Under the pieces are notes generated by a model. It had not been told where the DNA came from. It searched no databases and worked only from the letters and a program-made list of their open reading frames with translations. Shown here piece after piece: positions 21,114 to 32,158 of a stretch of DNA of 64,000 nt (position 1 is the stretch's first letter; each line of letters starts with the position of its first letter). The translations under genes and the position numbers were made by a program. This DNA is from an uncultured virus (IMG/VR IMGVR_UViG_3300008255_000103) (Duplodnaviria; Heunggongvirae; Uroviricota; Caudoviricetes), in the IMG/VR virus record IMGVR_UViG_3300008255_000103, positions 62,001-126,000 of that record; one strand, 5' to 3'.

Positions 21114-23918
21114 TTATAGCTGTCCAAGACTAACTTTGATGTAAATGAAGTTAACTGGATATGTTGGCTGTACTCTTACGGTTATATTCCATTGTGTTGG
21201 ATTTGTTTCATCTTTCTTAACTGAGAAGTCTTTATATGCTGTGATTAATCCTTGTGATACCAAAGCATTCAATAAGATGACTCCGCGAGTATTTAATACT
21301 GCTTGTGTTTCTTGGCTTTCTGGCAACCCAATGAATGGCGCAAATCCGGCTCGCAAAACCTTAGCAACTCTATCTCTAATAAATACTATTGAGATTTCTT
21401 GTTCTTCAGAATATCCACTCTGTGATGTTGTAAGACCCCAAACAACTCTTCCTCCACCAGAAACTGGTTGCAATGTAGTTACACCTGCTTGTGCTAAAGA
21501 CTCTAGAACTGATTGTGAGAATTGCTTATTTCTAAGAATTGTAAATCCACCTAATGTCTTATTTGTTAATGGATTTTCAAGTCTTACATCAGCTGACTCA
21601 TAACCTGCGGCTGCGGCTGCAATGTAGAACCCATCAATTAATACATTTTCAGTTCCTGCTTGAACAACAATTTGATCTGGGTAGAAGTATACACATCTAA
21701 ATGTATTTCCAAATGCATCTGCTACAGAGTAATTAGCTAAGTCTTCAATATTTCCAGCTAATACTTCTGTAATATTATCTCCTTGAATTCCTTCAAGAAC
21801 TCCGATATCTTCTACTGCAGCATCTTCAACACCAGTTAGATTATCCGGAGTTAATCCTGAGATAGCTCCACAAAACATGACTCTTTCCTTCTTATTTCTG
21901 ATATTACTCATAGCCTTGCAGTGAGCTAATGTATTCTGAAAAATTACGGAAATTGTTTGTTTTGGAAGAGGAACTACGATATCACATTCTACTGCCTCTA
22001 ATGATTCTAGAGCATTAATCCATCCAGCATCATAGAATGAAGCGTCTTTATCGTTAATTACCGTTACTCTTAATCTATATCCGTTAGGAACAACGTTATG
22101 ATTCAATACTATGTATGAACTTTGATCTGCTAAATCAAGAACTTCATAACGCATATCGTCTTCATTAACAACAGCCTTCTTAATTGTTACTTGATTTGCT
22201 CCCACTGCTATAATATCATACAATCCATTTTGATTCTCAGCAGAACCATTAATCTGTAACTTATATAGAGCTGTAACACTTGGTACTGTACTAAAATCTA
22301 CAGTTACACTATCTACTGTAGCTGTTGCAGTTCCAGTAATAATTACTAATTCACCATCTGTTCCAGAATAACCATCTAATGCTAATCCACTTGAATTACT
22401 AATTAATTCGAAAGTGACAGGATCTTCGTTAGTAAAATCTGAGAAATAAGGAGATGCTAATGTATGGAAACCTTGAGGGTCATCACTAGTCTTTACAGAT
22501 AGTTTGCCATCAGATACTCCAGTTATCTCATAGTAACCAATATTTGCAGAATTTGTTGCATCAATAAGGCTTAAAGTCATTCCTACATAACTAGAATCAA
22601 ATTCAACTGAAGAACTGAATGTGCCTCTGTTATTAACTGCAGTATCGCGACCGATATATCCATCAAGTCCAGTAGCTAATGATTCATATCCAAGCTTAAC
22701 TGTATAATAGTATGAATATCCACTAGGAGCGGGGACATCATCAAAGATAAATTGATTAGTAGTTGGTTCACCAACAGTATCTAACAAATAATAATCTAAT
22801 TTATTTGGAAGAATCTGAGTTTCAACATTTGTTGTATTATTAGTTACAAAGAAGTGAATGTTAGAATTAAAATCTAAGGTTACACCAGCTGGTAATGGGA
22901 AGATAAAATTATCTGGATTTGTTGAGGTTGCCGTAACAGAGTCCTCTAATATATAAGAGGTTCTTCTTGGCATAGATGGAGCAGTTTGAACTGTCATAAT
23001 AGCTGGGGCAGCATTAGCAAAAGCTAATTGACAACCTAAGCTTAAATTATTATCAACACTTGGGAATCCATGACGAGTAGCCACATCACCAAGACCCTGT
23101 AATAAAACTGGGTCATTAAGATTTTCTGTTGGGATATAAGTTGCAGTTAAAGAATCGCTACGAACTAAAACTCCACTTTCTACCATGACAGTAAAAGCGT
23201 CGCCTTCTCTAAATGGAGTTACAGAAACTCCACCAACTTTACGTTCATAAATTCCAAAACTCAAGATACCATTCGAAACTACATTTCCATTTGCAGTCCA
23301 GATTATTGGATTACCATTTGCATCTAATTGAGCACCAGATACAGAACCAAATGCAATAAACTTAGCTGTATTTTGAATAGGAGCATTTAAGGCATCACGA
23401 ACAACAGAAACGCATCTGATAGACCAGGTTTCAGAGGGAGCATTTGCATCTACTAATGTTAAAGCTGTAAAATAACCATCACCGACATTTGTTGTTAATG
23501 GAACATAAAAAGCGCCGCCTTGATCAACTAAATGAGCAGTTTGTAATTCAATTTGACCAGAAGCAATATCAATTCTATAATCATATTTATTACTAAATGA
23601 TCCTGAACTAATTAGTTCTTCTGTTCCGACCAACGGAATGCCATTTTTAAATAATTGGGTTCTATTTGAAATGACAGGATATGTTCCAAGCTGGAAGTGT
23701 CTGCCATCTGCACCAGAAACTGATGTGTAGGTTGGATTAAATCCATCTACACCACCACCCAATGCTTGGGAAACTAGAGTTTCATCAGCAGCACCTTCTC
23801 CCATTATTGCTGCTATGCGAGAACCGCCAGGAATCGAAACTCCACGAGATTGGGTTACTACATCAGTAAAAACACCTGGTAGAACATTTGTTGCGCCTGG
23901 AATGTTAGCGTTAGCCAT
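21114..23918 (-). CDS. Contractile tail sheath protein with large inserted domains
   Basis: N-terminal PGVFT...; C-terminal sheath core (PLTNKTL.GF...L..AGVT.L......RVVWGLTT...EISIV.IRD...V.P.YPVNFIYI). Confidence 0.9.
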   Translation of the reverse strand: MANANIPGATNVLPGVFTDVVTQSRGVSIPGGSRIAAIMGEGAADETLVSQALGGGVDGFNPTYTSVSGADGRHFQLGTYPVISNRTQLFKNGIPLVGTEELISSGSFSNKYDYRIDIASGQIELQTAHLVDQGGAFYVPLTTNVGDGYFTALTLVDANAPSETWSIRCVSVVRDALNAPIQNTAKFIAFGSVSGAQLDANGNPIIWTANGNVVSNGILSFGIYERKVGGVSVTPFREGDAFTVMVESGVLVRSDSLTATYIPTENLNDPVLLQGLGDVATRHGFPSVDNNLSLGCQLAFANAAPAIMTVQTAPSMPRRTSYILEDSVTATSTNPDNFIFPLPAGVTLDFNSNIHFFVTNNTTNVETQILPNKLDYYLLDTVGEPTTNQFIFDDVPAPSGYSYYYTVKLGYESLATGLDGYIGRDTAVNNRGTFSSSVEFDSSYVGMTLSLIDATNSANIGYYEITGVSDGKLSVKTSDDPQGFHTLASPYFSDFTNEDPVTFELISNSSGLALDGYSGTDGELVIITGTATATVDSVTVDFSTVPSVTALYKLQINGSAENQNGLYDIIAVGANQVTIKKAVVNEDDMRYEVLDLADQSSYIVLNHNVVPNGYRLRVTVINDKDASFYDAGWINALESLEAVECDIVVPLPKQTISVIFQNTLAHCKAMSNIRNKKERVMFCGAISGLTPDNLTGVEDAAVEDIGVLEGIQGDNITEVLAGNIEDLANYSVADAFGNTFRCVYFYPDQIVVQAGTENVLIDGFYIAAAAAGYESADVRLENPLTNKTLGGFTILRNKQFSQSVLESLAQAGVTTLQPVSGGGRVVWGLTTSQSGYSEEQEISIVFIRDRVAKVLRAGFAPFIGLPESQETQAVLNTRGVILLNALVSQGLITAYKDFSVKKDETNPTQWNITVRVQPTYPVNFIYIKVSLGQL

Positions 23919-23956
23919 ATTGAATCCTTATCACTCAGTTATGTAGCTTGTATCAT

Positions 23957-24004
23957 TAAAATGTATTAATATTCCTATTCCTGATGATATATTAATACAT
24001 TTTA
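23957..24004. repeat. Perfect 16-bp inverted repeat upstream of the sheath gene
   Basis: TAAAATGTATTAATAT (23957-23972) and ATATTAATACATTTTA (23989-24004), 16-nt spacer. Confidence 0.8.
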
Positions 24005-24046
24005 TTGTCTTCCCGTCTTTTCATCGGCTACTTAGAACCTGTTAAT

Positions 24047-24871
24047 TTACGAGTTTAGTAGCATATCTAACATATTTACTTCTGTATTGATTGTAATATT
24101 TGGTGAAACTGGTGCGATTGGGTTAGACAAATCTTCAAAAGTAGCAGTAAAAAAGATTGCGTCAATAATATTACCGACAGGTATTTCTCTTCTCCACTCC
24201 GTCCTTATATCTAATGTGATACTTTGCCTAAACAACTTATCATTTCTATCATCTGTTTCAGATGGAGCACCAATAATTGGTGGTTTTACTATAATACCTA
24301 CATCATATAATGAATCAACAGATATTTCAGCAAAACACATTCCTATTAATTGTGCTAAATCATCTCTTGCTCTTAAACTTCTTGACATAATATCTATTAT
24401 AATTTGACCTTCCCAGGCTCCCGCAGTTACAAAATATGCAGGAGAATGTACTATTGTTTTATTTCCATATCCATCTTCAAATACAACATCTTCATATTGA
24501 ATTGCTCCTTTTTCTCTATTTATTGAAATTGGAACATATTTAATACCGCCATTTTTTACTAAAATAGCAGGGTAATAAATGCCATCATGTCTATAATTTT
24601 CTCCAATAAACAATCTTGTACTTAAAAGATCGCCTAATAATGCAGAAGATCCATAAGAACCAGCAGGTATATCCGCGCCTGGTGGCAAATTTGTATGATC
24701 TGTTGTGTTTGGAAATCCCCATTGATCTCTGGAGAAATGATAATAACTATCTTTAGAGAAAAAATCCCTTAATGTAGCCAAAATTGTTTCTTTCGGATAC
24801 ACAATCATAGATGCTTGAATGATACTATAAATATCATATAAGTCTGATCTAAAAAAATTGTTACTTGCCAT
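24047..24871 (-). CDS. Putative tail completion / terminator protein
   Basis: Immediately upstream of the sheath; YPAILVK...IIIDIMSRS..ARDDL...I pattern; likely start is ATG 24871 (MASNN) rather than GTG 24892. Confidence 0.6.
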   Translation of the reverse strand: MASNNFFRSDLYDIYSIIQASMIVYPKETILATLRDFFSKDSYYHFSRDQWGFPNTTDHTNLPPGADIPAGSYGSSALLGDLLSTRLFIGENYRHDGIYYPAILVKNGGIKYVPISINREKGAIQYEDVVFEDGYGNKTIVHSPAYFVTAGAWEGQIIIDIMSRSLRARDDLAQLIGMCFAEISVDSLYDVGIIVKPPIIGAPSETDDRNDKLFRQSITLDIRTEWRREIPVGNIIDAIFFTATFEDLSNPIAPVSPNITINTEVNMLDMLLNS

Positions 24872-25721
24872 AATGTGCCAATCTGACACCATCTAATATA
24901 TTTTGTTTGGCAGAGAGTGGTCTCAAATTATTCAATGCCCAACATATCTTAAAATTATCATCTTTCATAGAAGTATATGGTAATTTACTCTGCGGAATTA
25001 TATGATCAATATTCCATTTCCAAGTAGAATCGTTATTATCATCCCAACTTTTATTATCATATTTACCCATATTATCCCAATTCATCCACGACTCAAACTG
25101 ACTCTCTAAATGAGATTTAAGATCATTTATAGAATATGGTAGATAATTCATAATAGATGTGTCCTTTTTAGATTTTTGTTTTCTTAATGCAGAATATATT
25201 TGTGTTGATATATATTTTCTCATCCTATATACTGGATCAGATTTCCTTCTATTAATTTGATATTTTCTTCTAGCTAATCTTATTGAATCTTTAGCATAAA
25301 CCAATCGTTTTTTTTGCAAATCGTTGGCTTCTAATCTATCACAATCAAGGCACACTCTTCTAAGATATTTACCTTGAGTTAATCTAAAATTATCTTTATT
25401 TAACGGTTTATTTTTGCTACACTTTTTACAAACTCTATGTCCCGTTAAGGTTTCTGTCTGTTTTTTAGAAAACAATTTACCAGATTGTTTTTGATCATAA
25501 CAAATACATGCAATACAATATGTACTAAATACTGGAAAATATAGATTTTCTTTACTTCTAATCATTTTCAAGTAAAAATTATCAGTATCTTGATGTTTTA
25601 TCTTCATACATTTAGTGCATAATTTATCTCCAATATCTTCTAAAGAAATTTTACCTTCTTTTAATAACTTTTCATATTCTATAGATTTCCGCTTCAATAT
25701 TTTATAGTTTCTCATATCCAT
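24861..25721 (-). CDS. HNH homing endonuclease, paralogue of 3455..4222
   Basis: Four CxxC pairs; WNIDHIIPQS...CWALNNLRPLSAKQN. Confidence 0.85.
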   Translation of the reverse strand: MDMRNYKILKRKSIEYEKLLKEGKISLEDIGDKLCTKCMKIKHQDTDNFYLKMIRSKENLYFPVFSTYCIACICYDQKQSGKLFSKKQTETLTGHRVCKKCSKNKPLNKDNFRLTQGKYLRRVCLDCDRLEANDLQKKRLVYAKDSIRLARRKYQINRRKSDPVYRMRKYISTQIYSALRKQKSKKDTSIMNYLPYSINDLKSHLESQFESWMNWDNMGKYDNKSWDDNNDSTWKWNIDHIIPQSKLPYTSMKDDNFKICWALNNLRPLSAKQNILDGVRLAHYGK

Positions 25722-25770
25722 AATACTAAAATATAGACAGATTTGAAGAAGTTATTAGATCCCATTTATA

Positions 25771-28700
25771 TTACCAACGATATTTAATTTCTATTTCATC
25801 AATTTCAAAAATCATATTTTGAGTAGAACTCTGGAACCAAGCACCTATCGTTAATACTAAGTATCCATTAACACTATTAACATAATCTGTTAATGTTCCG
25901 GCTGTATCATCTAATGTCATAACATATGTTTCACCAGTATATGGTAGCAAATGACCAAACAATGCTCCTGCTGGATAATCATCTGATTTTGGTGTTCCTG
26001 TATTGATCTTATTTTGTACACTTAAAAATATAGACATAGTAGATGTATCATTAGCATATGCGTTTCCAGTTGCTGTAGCTTTAGCGTAAACCAATTTTAC
26101 TTCCGGAGGGATAATGTCAGTTAATTCGAATATTAACTGATAAGCTTTTATGTAATTAGGTGCTGCTGCTGTGTAAAAATATACAACTTGCAAAGAAGAA
26201 TATGTATAATCTACTGGTTTTGTTGCAACGCCAACTGTCATTTGATTAATGTATCCATCAACAGTTGATACACCATCTAAAAGTCTTAATTTTCTGGTAA
26301 TAGTTTGATTGATGTTTCTCTCTACAAGCCATCTTGCCGACACGTCAGTAGGCGCATATATTAGGTTTGTACTTGTTCCATTCTTATATGGACTATCTAA
26401 ATAATTTTCAGTAATTATACCTGCAGAATTACTTCCATTCCAAGAGTTTGACTCATAGTAAGCAAATCCTATGTAATAATAGATATCGCTATCTTCTCTA
26501 TATAGCTTATTGTGTGTAATAATCATATTAGTACCACTATAAGCAATTAATCTTGTAGCAGTTGTACTAGAACTTACGCCCTTAACAGTATTGTTGGTAA
26601 TAATTGCTGATGCCTTGCAGAAAATACCTCCACGACCATATTTGTAGATATTTAATGTTGGTATGTACCAATAACCAGCACCAATTATATTTCCAGAGAT
26701 CACACAATTAGAATTGTTACCATTTAATGGATTTCCATAACCGTCTACAGCAGGAGTGTCTGTATAAGTATTTGCATTTACAAATATAGCAAATTGGCTT
26801 CCATAAGCTTCACCATCTGTAGTTCCACCACTAACTTCTCCATATGGAGTAAGATATGAGTAATAATATGCATTTAGATGGTTACCTATAATAGATAGCT
26901 TGCTATTATCTTCAAACGCAATACCAACATGTATCCAGCTTAACTTATTATCTTTTATCGTAACAAATCCAGATGGGTAGTTACTCATTTGAGTAGATAC
27001 GCCAGAAACTCTCTCTGATGTTACAAAATACTTTCCAAGATGATCTTGTGTTGCTATGTAATAACAAGTATTGTTTTGTATTGTTAGATTTGTTGACTTG
27101 CTATTAAAATTGTTTGGATTATATGTTGGAGGTGTATTGGCAAACTTAGATCCAGACCCAATCCAATATCCAATGGTGCCAACAATATTGTTAGAGATAA
27201 CACAATTGATAGCCATTAATCCTGGGTATACCATTCTATCATTAGCCGTAACAGATGTCATTACAATAGATTGGCTTCTATTAAAAATATTGTTTGAGAT
27301 CAATACATTAGACGCTATTGGTTGTGGTTGATCTGCATCTTGTTCAGTCGATGAATTAATAATAGAGATTCCGTTTCTATTATCTTCAGATGAAGTATTT
27401 ACATTAAGATTATTGAATCTACATCCGGTTACACGAACATTATCTAACACAGAATTATATGTTGTTAATTCGAAGTTAACAAATGGGAATCTATTAGAAC
27501 TTGCCGTTACTGGATTATAATTAAACGTATTGTCTTCAATAAAAATATCTTGAAGTGTAGTAGTAATTGAAGATTGAATATATCCATATCCACTATTAAC
27601 TAAATTAGATGATGTATAAATACTTGTATTTAATTGTGGATCATATGTTGATGTAACATTACAATTACGAACCGTAGTAGAATTTGATGCATTACTTAAC
27701 TTTACTAATCTAATAAAATCTCCAGTAAACCAAGAATCTTTTATAACATTTTTTGTGCTATTTACAAAATTAAACACATCACCAGGATAATAAGTTCGTG
27801 TTGGATAGAACATTACATCAACAGAACTGTTTATAAATTGGAAGTCTTCACAATTAGTTAATCTAAATACAGACCCACCACTACTTGTCAGTGTTGGGTA
27901 CATTATATTTAAAGAACAATCTTTAAATACTATATTATTTGCATTTGCTAAATCTATAGCAATATTATTAGTCATGGCTATGCCAGGATCAATTGTAATA
28001 TTACAATTTTCAAATCTTAACAAATTAGATTCTGAAGAGAATGTTAGTAAGTTAGAGAAATATAAGTTGATATTCTTAAAAGTTACATTAGATCCAATGT
28101 TAACTGTTCCAGTAAATTCTAAGTTTGCATCATCTTTTCCATCTATAACTATTAATCCTCTATCATCTGTTCCAATTTTAAGATCTTCTGTAATTATAGT
28201 GCCATTTGGTTCTGCTAATGTAATAGCAGCGCCTTTAATAACTACAGACCCATTATATGAATTATTATAATTCAGCCAATTGAATATTGATGATATACTC
28301 TTAAAATTGCTCTGACCTTCTCCAGCATTGTATCTTAATGGTAAGTTGGCATCAACATCAGTCACATATTTTCTTACATCACGCATTACTAACGTAGATG
28401 TTGCTACGCTCATAGTTACAGACACACTGCTGTATACCACATACAATAACGTCAAATCTTTTCTATTATTTACGATATCAGAAAAATATGCAGCATCTAA
28501 TTTATATGTCTGACCATTTAATGGATTATATGCTAAGAAAATTCTATCAGCATTTGGTGTACCATTAACATCATCATAATCTAATAATGGTATTGGCTGA
28601 TACTCGCCCTTATCATTAACACATAGCGCCCAATTTATATCATATTTATTCCCACCATAAGATTCTTTAATCTTTGGTATAGCTACAGTTTCTCCATTTT

Positions 28701-31653
28701 TATAGATGACCTTGCCGCTTACAAGCGCTGCACCACCCTTAAAATAAATTTGGTTATCAGTTGGATTAGTTCCTACAAGAACTGTTTGTAAGCCAAATCC
28801 TCTTATTACTCCATTTTGATGAAGTAATTTATCTGATAGAGAGATGTAACTTAAAGCGGAAGTACTTAAATCTTTTTCACTAATATTTCCAAATTGTCTT
28901 TCATCACGTACATAATTAACTAAATTTGAAACAGTATTATGCTGACATGTAGCAATCATCATGATTTCATCATCTAATGCTAATGATGGGAACAATTGTA
29001 TATCAATTAGTTCATCAGCTATAGGTAGAGACAATGTAGAATTAGCATCAAACATAATATCAATATAATCAACATGAGTTTCATCATAAAATCTAACTAT
29101 TTCACCAATTCTACCAGAGACTAATGGACCATATTTTGTATAATTAGAACCGTCATATGATACAAGGTATCCATCAAAATTTCCATAAATATCAAACGAT
29201 AACATTCTTAAAGAAATTTTTGTTACAGAACCAAATTGATATCCTCTTAATTTAGTAGAAATTCTAACTAAATCTAGTTTTGCTAGATTTGTTGTAGAAT
29301 ACAATGTTACACCATTAACGGTTGTTCCTCCATTAATATGGATTCTTCCTCTTTCATGAGTAAATGTATTGGCATTTTCATCGATAAATACTTCAAAATG
29401 TCTCTTAAAAGATGTGACTAAAGAAACATCAGTTGCGGTTTCTGCATTAAAAGATACCGAATCTGAATTGAAGTATAATGCAAATTCACCAGAACTGGAT
29501 GTAGTTGCTGGAGAAGAACCATATGCATGTACGCCGTCATAAACAGTAATATCAGTATCTGATCCACTTCCACAACCAAATGCAATTGATTTTATTATAA
29601 ATCTACCAAAATCTATTGTTGCACCAGTGCCAGCAGATTGTATTACTAATGTTTTGCCTGGCTTTAATCTAGTTGCCGATAAATCGATTCCAGCAATACG
29701 ATATGTAACTTCTACTCTATCACCATATGGATTTCTTGCAGTAATATCTGCTAACCAATATCCATCACCATAGCCATCTAATAATTGACCTGTTTCAAAA
29801 GTTAATTTATCTTTTTCAGTACCATTAACATAATAATTTGCTTTTGTTACAGGTACAAAAATTTTTGTTGGAATTTGAGCTGATTCAGTTGTAGTATAAG
29901 GTGTCATATAAGGTGGGCTTGCTATAGCTGCTCCTGAACCTCCAAATCCAAGTGGGTCTGGAGCGACAAGTGGAGAAGATGCAAACAATCCTACAACATT
30001 ATTTGGGAATGCCACACCAGTTGCAGTTTGATCATAACTTCCAGATACAACAATTCCATTTAAAATAGAAAATGATGCATTATTATAACAATCAGACATC
30101 ATTATACCAATTTCACCCTGATATGAATAAGCTATAAATCTATAATTAAATCCTGGTTGTCTAAATTGGTTGTTAATAGCTTCAACTACAGATTCTAAAG
30201 TATAAGAACCTGGTGTAGCTCCTGCATTACCTGTAACATCGATAGCGGGAAGAATAATGTATCCATCTTGAGGGAAACCAGTAGGATATAAAGCTAAATA
30301 TAATAGATAATGGGTACTGTCTAATAAATCAGGATTAAATCCGAGACCTAATGCCATAGCATTACGAGGGTTGCCAACAATTAAGCTTGGCATAATTGAT
30401 GTACCCATATCATGATTGACTGCTGCAGATGCTAATACACCAAATTTATTATTATTGAATAGTGATTTATCAATTCTTGCACTTGCATATCCATCAGAAG
30501 AATAGAACATATTCTTTCCAAAAATTCTAACAATATATGTTGTTCCTGCTACAAATTTTTTCTCTTTTATAACATAAGGAACTTCAACTGCACCATGCTC
30601 ACTGGTTGCAGTATAACTAATACGAATAATATCACCTGGTTTTACTAAAGAAAATTGTGTATCAAATTCAAACGTAGTTAATACACTAGTAGATGGTTTA
30701 AATTCTATAATATCATCACCAGTATCAATATCATCAACGGGAGCGCTGCCAGGAACTATTGCAAGAGGATCGTAAGTGCCCAACAAATATACTCTTACTG
30801 GAGTTGATGGAACGATAGCCGGACCTGCAATCTGAGAGCCTAACTTTGCAGATCTTGATATTCTAGAAATTCCATTAGAATATAAGTTTTGAATTCTTGT
30901 TCCATATAGGAAAATGCTAGATTCATCTATAAATTGTGCAAATAATTGTAAATCATTGGCTGTATCAGGAATTACAGCAAACCTACTGGTATTTAGAAAA
31001 ATACCTTCAGCAGGATGTGAATAATTGGCAGAATAAGAGGAACCATTATTAGTAGTAATTGTATTGCTGGTAACATCTGTGCCGTCCGCAAATTGATGAA
31101 CAAGTAATTCTGTATTCATATCATTAACTAAATCATATGAATCAGAATTATCTCTATAAGTACCATATCTATTTTTTAGATATTTAATAGGATCCGCATT
31201 AACATCTATATGAGTAAGATCGTGACGATATATGGCGCCACTCATATGTGGTTCTAATTTAATACCGCTAACTGAAATCCATCCTAAAGCAGTATTAATT
31301 CCAGTAACATTGTCTCTGATATAATTAAATAAATCTCCAGTTCTATAATCAAGTCGTAATTTAGATTCTGGGATGTTTGCATTGTTTTCAATTTGACTAT
31401 TTGTAATTGGTAATGTTACTAATCCCAAACTTGTTATAGCTGATGGATTTATAGCACCACTAGGAAGAAGAGCTACACCAATTCTTTGAGCAAGTGAGCC
31501 TGCAGTTCCTGATGCGCCTAAACCTATTTCATTTTCTATATTAAAAACAGCATCACGTACTGCATTTATAGCTTCACCACCAATTTCCGTTAAGTTATCG
31601 TTTACAAATGGTAAAGTTGTATCATCATCAAAATCTGAAGGAAAATTACTCAT
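25771..31653 (-). CDS. Large tail fibre/spike-like protein with C-terminal parallel beta-helix region
   Basis: ~1960 aa; repeated F.NC.I / I.NN.. beta-helix rungs in the C-terminal ~800 aa; seven DGY motifs; likely start is ATG 31653 (MSNFP). Confidence 0.65.
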   Translation of the reverse strand: MSNFPSDFDDDTTLPFVNDNLTEIGGEAINAVRDAVFNIENEIGLGASGTAGSLAQRIGVALLPSGAINPSAITSLGLVTLPITNSQIENNANIPESKLRLDYRTGDLFNYIRDNVTGINTALGWISVSGIKLEPHMSGAIYRHDLTHIDVNADPIKYLKNRYGTYRDNSDSYDLVNDMNTELLVHQFADGTDVTSNTITTNNGSSYSANYSHPAEGIFLNTSRFAVIPDTANDLQLFAQFIDESSIFLYGTRIQNLYSNGISRISRSAKLGSQIAGPAIVPSTPVRVYLLGTYDPLAIVPGSAPVDDIDTGDDIIEFKPSTSVLTTFEFDTQFSLVKPGDIIRISYTATSEHGAVEVPYVIKEKKFVAGTTYIVRIFGKNMFYSSDGYASARIDKSLFNNNKFGVLASAAVNHDMGTSIMPSLIVGNPRNAMALGLGFNPDLLDSTHYLLYLALYPTGFPQDGYIILPAIDVTGNAGATPGSYTLESVVEAINNQFRQPGFNYRFIAYSYQGEIGIMMSDCYNNASFSILNGIVVSGSYDQTATGVAFPNNVVGLFASSPLVAPDPLGFGGSGAAIASPPYMTPYTTTESAQIPTKIFVPVTKANYYVNGTEKDKLTFETGQLLDGYGDGYWLADITARNPYGDRVEVTYRIAGIDLSATRLKPGKTLVIQSAGTGATIDFGRFIIKSIAFGCGSGSDTDITVYDGVHAYGSSPATTSSSGEFALYFNSDSVSFNAETATDVSLVTSFKRHFEVFIDENANTFTHERGRIHINGGTTVNGVTLYSTTNLAKLDLVRISTKLRGYQFGSVTKISLRMLSFDIYGNFDGYLVSYDGSNYTKYGPLVSGRIGEIVRFYDETHVDYIDIMFDANSTLSLPIADELIDIQLFPSLALDDEIMMIATCQHNTVSNLVNYVRDERQFGNISEKDLSTSALSYISLSDKLLHQNGVIRGFGLQTVLVGTNPTDNQIYFKGGAALVSGKVIYKNGETVAIPKIKESYGGNKYDINWALCVNDKGEYQPIPLLDYDDVNGTPNADRIFLAYNPLNGQTYKLDAAYFSDIVNNRKDLTLLYVVYSSVSVTMSVATSTLVMRDVRKYVTDVDANLPLRYNAGEGQSNFKSISSIFNWLNYNNSYNGSVVIKGAAITLAEPNGTIITEDLKIGTDDRGLIVIDGKDDANLEFTGTVNIGSNVTFKNINLYFSNLLTFSSESNLLRFENCNITIDPGIAMTNNIAIDLANANNIVFKDCSLNIMYPTLTSSGGSVFRLTNCEDFQFINSSVDVMFYPTRTYYPGDVFNFVNSTKNVIKDSWFTGDFIRLVKLSNASNSTTVRNCNVTSTYDPQLNTSIYTSSNLVNSGYGYIQSSITTTLQDIFIEDNTFNYNPVTASSNRFPFVNFELTTYNSVLDNVRVTGCRFNNLNVNTSSEDNRNGISIINSSTEQDADQPQPIASNVLISNNIFNRSQSIVMTSVTANDRMVYPGLMAINCVISNNIVGTIGYWIGSGSKFANTPPTYNPNNFNSKSTNLTIQNNTCYYIATQDHLGKYFVTSERVSGVSTQMSNYPSGFVTIKDNKLSWIHVGIAFEDNSKLSIIGNHLNAYYYSYLTPYGEVSGGTTDGEAYGSQFAIFVNANTYTDTPAVDGYGNPLNGNNSNCVISGNIIGAGYWYIPTLNIYKYGRGGIFCKASAIITNNTVKGVSSSTTATRLIAYSGTNMIITHNKLYREDSDIYYYIGFAYYESNSWNGSNSAGIITENYLDSPYKNGTSTNLIYAPTDVSARWLVERNINQTITRKLRLLDGVSTVDGYINQMTVGVATKPVDYTYSSLQVVYFYTAAAPNYIKAYQLIFELTDIIPPEVKLVYAKATATGNAYANDTSTMSIFLSVQNKINTGTPKSDDYPAGALFGHLLPYTGETYVMTLDDTAGTLTDYVNSVNGYLVLTIGAWFQSSTQNMIFEIDEIEIKYRW

Positions 31654-31700
31654 ATTCCACACCGTTTAGTATAATAATTCTGATTAATATATAACCAGAA

Positions 31701-32111
31701 TTATTCTTTGGTTTCTGTATCATCTACTATGCCTGCTGATGCACCATCGGCAGAAGGTGGTTGGGATGGTGAACCAAGTGATTTCATTTTACTACTAATA
31801 ATTGCTTTTACCCATCTCCAAGCAAAACCTGATAAAAGTCCAGCAACTAATCCAAATGCAAATCTACCACTTGCAGAAGTTATTTCTAATGGATATGGAT
31901 ATTGTACTGCAATAACCGCACCAAGAGAACCTAAAATTAATGGTAAAATAGGCAAAATCAATTCAGACCATAAATGATTTTCTTTTGCATCATAACCTTT
32001 AATATGAAAAGCATAATTTACTACCATTGTGACTACATATGTAAATGCAGACACGGCTAAGCAAAATAAAACGAACTGATAACTAAAAAGAGCTTGTAGT
32101 GCAGTATCCAT
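31701..32111 (-). CDS. Small membrane protein, possible holin
   Basis: Three hydrophobic segments and a charged C-terminus; AAGGAG Shine-Dalgarno. Confidence 0.5.
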   Translation of the reverse strand: MDTALQALFSYQFVLFCLAVSAFTYVVTMVVNYAFHIKGYDAKENHLWSELILPILPLILGSLGAVIAVQYPYPLEITSASGRFAFGLVAGLLSGFAWRWVKAIISSKMKSLGSPSQPPSADGASAGIVDDTETKE

Positions 32112-32158
32112 AGATTTCTCCTTATGGAGTATACGAAAGAATTAATATATTGTAGTAA

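Noticed and set aside
3..24871. Extracellular contractile injection system / tailocin
   Set aside because: A major capsid protein, decoration and neck genes and homing endonucleases in the same block indicate a complete phage.
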